Shown piece by piece: positions 34,987 to 41,473 of a DNA stretch of 59,878 nucleotides. The notes beneath the pieces are model-generated. The model was given only the letters and a program-made list of their open reading frames with translations, made no database searches and had not been told where the DNA came from. Position 1 is the first letter of the stretch, and every line of letters begins with the position of its first letter. Where the stretch lies: contig JAYPGZ010000005.1 of assembly GCA_038127095.1 (NCBI GenBank), forward strand, positions 1 to 59,878. Reading direction: 5' to 3'. The DNA is from Candidatus Roizmanbacteria bacterium. Its GTDB lineage: Bacteria > Patescibacteriota > Microgenomatia > UBA1406 > HO2-37-13b. Both the position numbers and the translations under genes were made by a program.

Positions 34987-37767
34987 ATGGAAGAAACACA
35001 GCAACATATGAGGGTAGAAAAAAAAGAAGTTTTCATTATTGCATCGCTTATGCTTGGAGTGCTTATGCTCATGGCGCTCACGTCGCTTCGCGACGCTCGC
35101 ACCCGTCAAAAATCGCAGGCACAAACGCCGGTAGAAATTGGTATACAAACGCTTTCTCCTTTGTCGGATGTGCAGCGAGCAACGCAGTCGGCTAGTATTG
35201 ATATTCGCGCAAATGGCGACAATAGTACGCAGGTTTTGTATGATGCAGCAGCAACGGGTGAAGCGGCGGTACTTGAATTTATGGACAAGAATCCGCTTAT
35301 TGATACAGCCGCGCTTTCAGATGATACACAAGTTCGTGGAGTTTCAACAGAAGGAGTCAAACAACGTGTGCTTCCTACAAATTTTCGACAAAATTCGGCG
35401 CTCTCACGAACATTAACCGACAAAATGTTTAAAAATAAACAGGAAGTGAAGCACTATTACTACACACAAAAAGTAAAAAACATTCCAGTTTTTGGCACTA
35501 CAGTTCGTTTTGATGTGGCGGGAAATGACAAGGTAGTCGGGGTAGAAGGAGACTATGCGTTGTCCGACACTACTGCACCCGTCGTACTTACACAAGAACA
35601 AGGTGTTCAAAAGGCTCTTGAGCGAGCCAAAGTCGATATGCGCGATCTATCAAGTCAAGCGAATCCTGTGGTGTGTGGTAATGCGCCTGTATCACAAAAA
35701 ATTTATAATGAAAAAGTTCTTGGAATTTCAAGCAACGAAACAAACCATGTTGTTCTTGAAGTTGTGGTGTGTGATGGAAATGATGTTGCGTTTAACACAT
35801 TCAGGCACATGTATTTAGTTTCTTTGGAATCAGGAAATATTCTTGCAGATGGTAGTCAAATTTTTGAGGCAATCAACCGCAAGGTATATAACTGTAAAAC
35901 AGCAGGTTGTTCAAAAGATAGGTACGGACGTGTTACAGCAAGTGGTTCTGTAACTCGAGCAGAAAATCAGGGGCCGGTTGGTGAAACAGATGTTGATAAT
36001 GCATATGACATTTTAGGAGAAATCTATAACTTTTACTTTAATTCATTTGGGCGCGACGGCATCGATAATCGAGGTGGCCCCTTAATTGGATATGTATACG
36101 CGCCAGTACCAAATGCACAATGGGATGGTACTTCCATGTTTGCAAGCGCCAGATTTCTTGGGAAGGATATTTGGGCCCACGAGTTAACCCATGGAGTGAC
36201 GCAGTATTCTTCAGGTTTAGGGCCTACAACCACGATGTATCAGGCACGAGCACTTAACGAAAGCATTTCAGACATGTTTGCGTATGGTGTTGATTCTGCA
36301 AACTGGACAATGGGTGAAACCAGTAAAGCGGGAGTGATTCGAGATATTGCAAATCCAAGCAAATTCGGTCAGCCAGAACGTATTTTTGATTCGCGATTTG
36401 CATGTAATGGAGAAGAGCATAAAACTAACGGACCAACAAATAAGGCATTTTTTTTAATGACTGCAGGAGGTACGTTTAATGGATGTACCATTAATGGAAT
36501 AGGTAAAGAAAAAAGTCTGGCGGTTATTTATAAAGCAAATACAGCCTACTTGAAACAGAATTCGGGTTTTTTTGACTTTAACAATAAGGTAAACCAAGCA
36601 TGTGGTGATTTATACGGTGCCTCATCAGCAGAATGTGCAAATGTTGCAGCTGCCATGCAGGCGACTGAACTTGATCAAGATCGATGTGGATCGGGAGTAT
36701 CGCGCAAGACGCCAATTTGTGCAGGGGGCGCACAGCCAACAGTTGGTCAAACACAACCAACAGCACAACCAACTCCTCAACAAGCTCGCCCGACAGTTCC
36801 CACTGCTCCGTTGCCAACGACTGTTAGTTCAAACCCACCCCCAACAGTCCCAACTGGTATAACAGGAACACCTTCACGTCTTGCAAGTGTTGTGGTGAGT
36901 CCATCAAGTATTTCGGGAGCCGTTGATACTCAAGGAACTGTTGATATACAAGTAAATCCCGGAGAATCACAGGTTGTTAGTATTGAGGCATATATTGCAT
37001 ACGATGATTCGCAACTTGAGGTAGTGACTATTAAGGATGTGTCTGGGTTTACCCTTACCAAGAAAGATGTATCGGTTCCTGGAAAAATTGTGTTGGAAGG
37101 TAAAGTTACAGATCCCCGATATCCAATTACTTCCACAAGCACTGTTGCGCAAGTTGTCTTTAAAGTCAAAGTCGCAGGAACTGCAGGTGTAAAGGTAGAG
37201 GAGACAACCAAGGTAGTGACTCCCAAAGACATCGCGCTTAATCTGGCTATTCGATTTCAGGGAATCGATAGAGCTCCATCGCGTAATGCTGGTCTTATTA
37301 CTGCTCGAATTGGTATAACTGGCGAAGGTATTGAAAATCCTGAAACAAAATTGGTGCAGCTACAAGCTGATAGCAGTGGAATTTTTTATGGTGACGTTTC
37401 ATTTCCTACGGTGACACCCGGAAAGAATTATTGTGTTACGGTGAAGGGGCCGCTCCACAGCGCGCGAAAAGTTTGTCATACAAAGCCTTTGGAAGCCCAA
37501 AGTGGGGAATATCGTCGAGGTAGCTCAACCATATTGCTTACCGCAGGTGCAAATGAACTTGACTTTACGGGGATACGCATGATGGTTGGTGATGTAGACC
37601 AAAATGGAGTAGTTAATTCGTTCGATTTATACTCTGTGCGTTCTGCAGTTAGTGGAGAAGGTCAGGTAAATCTAGATCGTTGTGACGTTAATTTCGACAA
37701 TGTTTGTAATGGTGTAGATTACGCCTTAATGGTTGCTGCAATTACAGTAAAAACAGACGAAGAATAA
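34987..37767 (+). CDS. M4 (thermolysin-family) zinc metalloprotease carrying both a cohesin-like module and a C-terminal dockerin
   Basis: Propeptide-like VKHYYYTQKVKNIPVFGTTVRFDV. Catalytic motifs AHELTHGVTQY and LNESISDMFAYG. Then a P/T linker, a cohesin-like segment (VDIQVNPGESQVVSIEAYIAYDDSQLEVVTIKD) and a dockerin (DVDQNGVVNSFDLYSVRSAV..DVNFDNVCNGVDYALMVAAI). Confidence 0.85.
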   Translation: MEETQQHMRVEKKEVFIIASLMLGVLMLMALTSLRDARTRQKSQAQTPVEIGIQTLSPLSDVQRATQSASIDIRANGDNSTQVLYDAAATGEAAVLEFMDKNPLIDTAALSDDTQVRGVSTEGVKQRVLPTNFRQNSALSRTLTDKMFKNKQEVKHYYYTQKVKNIPVFGTTVRFDVAGNDKVVGVEGDYALSDTTAPVVLTQEQGVQKALERAKVDMRDLSSQANPVVCGNAPVSQKIYNEKVLGISSNETNHVVLEVVVCDGNDVAFNTFRHMYLVSLESGNILADGSQIFEAINRKVYNCKTAGCSKDRYGRVTASGSVTRAENQGPVGETDVDNAYDILGEIYNFYFNSFGRDGIDNRGGPLIGYVYAPVPNAQWDGTSMFASARFLGKDIWAHELTHGVTQYSSGLGPTTTMYQARALNESISDMFAYGVDSANWTMGETSKAGVIRDIANPSKFGQPERIFDSRFACNGEEHKTNGPTNKAFFLMTAGGTFNGCTINGIGKEKSLAVIYKANTAYLKQNSGFFDFNNKVNQACGDLYGASSAECANVAAAMQATELDQDRCGSGVSRKTPICAGGAQPTVGQTQPTAQPTPQQARPTVPTAPLPTTVSSNPPPTVPTGITGTPSRLASVVVSPSSISGAVDTQGTVDIQVNPGESQVVSIEAYIAYDDSQLEVVTIKDVSGFTLTKKDVSVPGKIVLEGKVTDPRYPITSTSTVAQVVFKVKVAGTAGVKVEETTKVVTPKDIALNLAIRFQGIDRAPSRNAGLITARIGITGEGIENPETKLVQLQADSSGIFYGDVSFPTVTPGKNYCVTVKGPLHSARKVCHTKPLEAQSGEYRRGSSTILLTAGANELDFTGIRMMVGDVDQNGVVNSFDLYSVRSAVSGEGQVNLDRCDVNFDNVCNGVDYALMVAAITVKTDEE

Positions 37768-37776
37768 GGTAGGAAT

Positions 37777-37798
37777 GTGTTTATTTTCAGATAAACAC
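37777..37798 (+). terminator. Hairpin GTGTTTAT-tttcag-ATAAACAC after the protease gene
   Basis: Perfect 8-bp stem 10 nt after the stop. There is no clear U tract, so the terminator call is weak. Confidence 0.4.
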
Positions 37799-37825
37799 AA
37801 AGCCTAATATGTTGACAGAGTCAGC

Positions 37826-37854
37826 TTGACATTTATAGCAAAATTTTTCATAAT
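37826..37854 (+). promoter_or_regulatory. Promoter TTGACA-17 nt-CATAAT placed for a leaderless mRNA
   Basis: TTGACA at 37826-37831 and CATAAT at 37849-37854. The ATG at 37861 is 6 nt after the -10 box. Confidence 0.5.
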
Positions 37855-37860
37855 CAAACT

Positions 37861-38478
37861 ATGCAAGAAAATTATCACGGACGTCTTTTTATGACGGGAA
37901 TTATGTCGCTTATTTTTATATTAGTCATTATTTTAATTGGCGTAATTTTTGTGACATATCGGACTGGTAATTCGGGTGTGCAAACAACAGTAGATTCGCA
38001 GACTGCACAAAATAATACCAATATACCGGTATCTACAACTGAGAAGCCAAAGTATAACGGGACTTTCTTTATGAAAATAGCTAATGATGCGCGTGAATTT
38101 TCAGTTGGCGATACCATAGAAGTGGAAGTTTTTGCAGATTCTGATGGTCAAAACATAGTGGGATACGATTTAGATGTTGAAATTGCCGGTGGCGCGCAGT
38201 TTGCAAGTGCGCAATCAGCTATTGAGGATTTTGATATGCATCCAACTTCTCGAAGTGGTGGAGTTTATTTAACGAGTTTGAAAGATTTGGCGTCGAATAC
38301 ACCTTCAACATTTGTTGATAGTCAAATTGCAACAATTATGCTTACGGCAACAGCCCCAGGTACAGTTACAATTACTCCTAAGTTTGTATTGGGCGATACG
38401 CGTCATTCTAATCTTATGAGTGTTGCAAGTGAGAGCGTATTGGCTTCGGTAGAAGGGGTGTCGGTCATTGTTCGGTAA
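37861..38478 (+). CDS. Membrane-anchored cohesin-like domain protein
   Basis: TM segment LFMTGIMSLIFILVIILIGVIFV, then FSVGDTIEVEVFADSDGQNIVGYDLDVEIAGGAQF...ATIMLTATAPGTVTITP. Confidence 0.65.
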   Translation: MQENYHGRLFMTGIMSLIFILVIILIGVIFVTYRTGNSGVQTTVDSQTAQNNTNIPVSTTEKPKYNGTFFMKIANDAREFSVGDTIEVEVFADSDGQNIVGYDLDVEIAGGAQFASAQSAIEDFDMHPTSRSGGVYLTSLKDLASNTPSTFVDSQIATIMLTATAPGTVTITPKFVLGDTRHSNLMSVASESVLASVEGVSVIVR

Positions 38479-38487
38479 TATTAATAT

Positions 38488-39186
38488 ATGAATATTTCAC
38501 GGTACATAGTAAAAAAAATCAGCACATCAGTTTTTTTAATGGCGGTTTTTTTTATTGTTGCGAGTACCCAGTCATCGGTACACGCGGCAATGCTTCAGTT
38601 TGATCCGGCAACCGGAAGTGGTGCAATTGGTGAAACCGTTGATTTGGGCATTGTTGTTAATGCCGGTTCAGATGAAATTCTTGCAGTCGATGCACAGGTT
38701 CGATACGATAAAAACATTTTGGAAGTGCAAAATTGCACAGATGGCACATTTTTAAAAGTCGCACGTAAAGATTTTGCAACACCTGGTCAACTTTATATTG
38801 CTGGAATCGTGGAAGATCCGGGAAGTCCAGTTACGGGGAAGGGTACTATGGCAACTTGTACGTTTAAGATAAAAGCAAATGCTACCACAAACGTTACGTA
38901 CTTGTGTACGCCGGGTGAAACCGCAAGCGATTCAAACGTAGCCAAAAACAATGCAGATGCAACCGATGTTATTCAGTGTTCCGACAATGGAACTGCAGTA
39001 ATTACTGCGGGAACGGGTGTGGGTGGATCGCCAACCACAACTCCAGCAGGTGGTCAGGGAGGTTCAGGTACCATTCCTTCCGAACTTCCCAAAACGGGAA
39101 TAATTGATGAGCTTATGAAATTTGCTGTTCCTGGTGCTATACTGGTTGCTGTTGGTTTAGTAACGAAAGCTCTTTTGAAATTATGA
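38488..39186 (+). CDS. Cohesin-domain protein with an LPxTG-type cell-wall sorting signal
   Basis: Signal peptide ending SSVHAA. IGETVDLGIVVNAGSDEILAVDAQVRYDKNILEVQNCTDGTFL...GTMATCTFKIKA. C-terminus LPKTG followed by a hydrophobic stretch. Confidence 0.75.
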   Translation: MNISRYIVKKISTSVFLMAVFFIVASTQSSVHAAMLQFDPATGSGAIGETVDLGIVVNAGSDEILAVDAQVRYDKNILEVQNCTDGTFLKVARKDFATPGQLYIAGIVEDPGSPVTGKGTMATCTFKIKANATTNVTYLCTPGETASDSNVAKNNADATDVIQCSDNGTAVITAGTGVGGSPTTTPAGGQGGSGTIPSELPKTGIIDELMKFAVPGAILVAVGLVTKALLKL

Positions 39187-39806
39187 ATAACGATAAGGTA
39201 CTAAAATGGGCGGCAGTGGGTGTTGGGTTGGTAATTTCTATGGCTGTAGTGTGGTTTGGATTTACGCTGGTAAGTCAGCGTTTTGGAAAAGCGGCCGATT
39301 TGAATGTATCGAACTTTAACTGTGAACCGACAGGTGAAAATTCATTATTGGTAACTTGGGAAGATACTTCTTCGCAAAAAGGAGTTGTGTATTATCGTCC
39401 TGCAGGAACAGTGAACAATCTTATTAGTCTCGAAGAAAATGTTCCGCAACAGGGCAGTACTGGTAATCTGCATGAAGTTACGCTCCATTTGCTTACCGCT
39501 GGAACTTCGTATGATATACAGGTAGGATCAGGCGACGAGCCTGAAGCCGACGTTCATTCATGTAGTACTAAACAAGGTCTAAGTGTGAATACAGCAATTC
39601 CAACAGTTTCATCAGTAGGGCCTTCTGCAACTCCTGCACCTACAATTCCATCACGACTGAGTGTTGAAGAAATAAAAGATCGTTACCGTGATGGAACGTT
39701 TAAAAACGGAGAAGATTGTGCAAGTTCTTCACAAACAACGGCGCTTGACTGTGCTAAAGCAGCACGTGCGCTTTACGGGGTACAAGGACAAAGTGTAAGT
39801 CGATAA
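39183..39806 (+). CDS. Membrane-anchored protein with an FN3-like domain
   Basis: ATGA overlap with the previous gene. NCEPTGENSLLVTWEDTSSQKGVVYYRPAG...TAGTSYDIQVGSG. Confidence 0.55.
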   Translation: MNNDKVLKWAAVGVGLVISMAVVWFGFTLVSQRFGKAADLNVSNFNCEPTGENSLLVTWEDTSSQKGVVYYRPAGTVNNLISLEENVPQQGSTGNLHEVTLHLLTAGTSYDIQVGSGDEPEADVHSCSTKQGLSVNTAIPTVSSVGPSATPAPTIPSRLSVEEIKDRYRDGTFKNGEDCASSSQTTALDCAKAARALYGVQGQSVSR

Positions 39807-39815
39807 TAGGCGTAA

Positions 39816-40109
39816 TTACGCTGCTAAAGGTTTTGAAGATACTGCGGGTGCTTTTACATGAGCGAGCATTACAATAGGTTTTTTATCTTCTGCTACATCT
39901 TTTTTAATTCTCTTGATGCATTTTGTGCACAACTTTACCGAGACTTTCATGTCGTCTAATAAAATACTTACCCGTTGTAGGTTGGGTTTGAATGCACGAG
40001 CGGTTTTTACAGCGCGTTTTTTCCATCGTCCTCCAGCCACACCACGATGATGTGTGTGGGAACGGCCCATGACGGTTCCTTTTGCGCAAATGAAACAAAT
40101 GTTATTCAT
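39816..40109 (-). CDS. rpmB: 50S ribosomal protein L28 with a C-terminal extension
   Basis: CFICAKGTVMGRSHTHHRGVAGGRWKKRAVKTARAFKPNLQRV. Confidence 0.7.
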   Translation of the reverse strand: MNNICFICAKGTVMGRSHTHHRGVAGGRWKKRAVKTARAFKPNLQRVSILLDDMKVSVKLCTKCIKRIKKDVAEDKKPIVMLAHVKAPAVSSKPLAA

Positions 40110-40131
40110 AAATATTATTGTGTCTTTTTAA

Positions 40132-40160
40132 GAGATCCTTCGGTTTCACCTCAGGATGAC
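40132..40160 (-). repeat. REP-like element
   Basis: gagatccttcggtttcacctcaggatgac. Confidence 0.7.
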
Positions 40161-40218
40161 TGTTTCTGTTTAACTCTAATACTGTATAATAACATAATTA
40201 CCCACGTAAATCAATCAA

Positions 40219-40869
40219 ATGTTACTTTCAACCCTTTTTCAAAGTCCACTGTCGTTCGTAATATTCGTGAGTGTTTTACTGGTAACGCTTGCGGTTCATG
40301 AGTATGCGCATGCGCGAGCAGCAGATGAACTAGGAGACCCTACGCCACGGCTCATGGGGCGACTGACGCTTAATCCACTTGCGCACGTCGATCCGATTGG
40401 TTCGCTCATGATTCTTCTCGTTGGATTTGGATGGGGAAAACCGGTGCCGTTTGATCCGTACAACCTAAAAAATCCTCGAAAAGACAGCGCAATAATTTCG
40501 GTAGTAGGACCTGCTTCAAACTTTATTATGGCAATAGTCGGAGCAATCTTGTTGCGAGTTTTTATGAATGTCGATGCAGGTATTTTGTCATCACTATCGA
40601 TTCTTATTTTGCCTTTTTTTGTACAAATTAACCTTGTGTTAGGACTATTCAATCTACTTCCATTTGCACCTCTTGATGGTTTTAAAGTTGTTGGGGGAAT
40701 TATCCCTGAAGATCAAGCAAAAGAATGGTATTCGCTCGAGAAATATGGAATGTTATTTTTGCTCGCATTTATATTGCCACTTGCCGGCAACCGTTCGATG
40801 CTCGATATAGTGCTTGATCCTGCAGTGAGCTATTTGTATCAGCTGTTAGTTCCTCGTTTAGCATTTTAA
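40219..40869 (+). CDS. Site-2 protease family (M50) membrane metalloprotease
   Basis: HEYAHARAADELGDPTPRLMGRLTLNPLAHVDPIGS, several TM segments and LLPFAPLDG. Confidence 0.8.
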   Translation: MLLSTLFQSPLSFVIFVSVLLVTLAVHEYAHARAADELGDPTPRLMGRLTLNPLAHVDPIGSLMILLVGFGWGKPVPFDPYNLKNPRKDSAIISVVGPASNFIMAIVGAILLRVFMNVDAGILSSLSILILPFFVQINLVLGLFNLLPFAPLDGFKVVGGIIPEDQAKEWYSLEKYGMLFLLAFILPLAGNRSMLDIVLDPAVSYLYQLLVPRLAF

Positions 40870-41399
40870 AAAGTAACCAGTTCGCCGTCTTCTTCGCGAT
40901 ACAGTGTATATCCTTGTTCTAGCACGCGTTTGGTGAATAAAATACCGTTAAGGTGATCCATTTCATGCTCGATAATTGTCGCTTCAAAGCCTGAAAATTC
41001 ATCGGTGTGTGTTTTGTTGTCAAGGTCGGTATACTCCAAAACAACCTTTTTGGAGCGTACTACCTTTCCCCAAATGCGGGGAATTGAAAGGCAGCCTTCA
41101 AGGCGCGATGTTTCATCGTTTTCAGATTTCTTTGCATGCTCATGTTTGACTGCAGGAGTTGTGGTAATAATGGTCGGATTAATAAATGTTTTTATCGGTG
41201 CTTTTTTATCTTTTTTTATAATAAACAGTCTCAGACCAACTCCAATTTGGGGAGCCGCAAGTCCAACGCCTTCGGGATCATGTTGGGCAAGTAATGTTTC
41301 AATCATGTCGTCGACCAGCTTCTTCATTTTTGCATCGATTTTTTTTACCGGACGTGAAGGTGTGGTTAAAACAGTATGTGGTGCGTGAACTATTTTCAT
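40866..41399 (-). CDS. def: Peptide deformylase
   Basis: GVGLAAPQIG, EGCLSIP and HEMDHLNG motifs. ATG 41399 is preferred because the track start lies inside a REP-like element. Confidence 0.9.
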   Translation of the reverse strand: MKIVHAPHTVLTTPSRPVKKIDAKMKKLVDDMIETLLAQHDPEGVGLAAPQIGVGLRLFIIKKDKKAPIKTFINPTIITTTPAVKHEHAKKSENDETSRLEGCLSIPRIWGKVVRSKKVVLEYTDLDNKTHTDEFSGFEATIIEHEMDHLNGILFTKRVLEQGYTLYREEDGELVTF

Positions 41400-41406
41400 A
41401 ATTGGT

Positions 41407-41433
41407 GTCATTCTGAGTGAAACGAAGAATCTC
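41407..41433 (+). repeat. REP-like element
   Basis: gtcattctgagtgaaacgaagaatctc. Confidence 0.7.
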
Positions 41434-41444
41434 CGTTTATCACC

Positions 41445-41473
41445 TCGATCCTTCGGCTACGCTTCAGGATGAT
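41445..41473 (-). repeat. REP-like element that supplies the last codons and the stop of CDS 41457..44339
   Basis: tcgatccttcggctacgcttcaggatgat. The minus strand reads ..INHPEA*. Confidence 0.6.
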
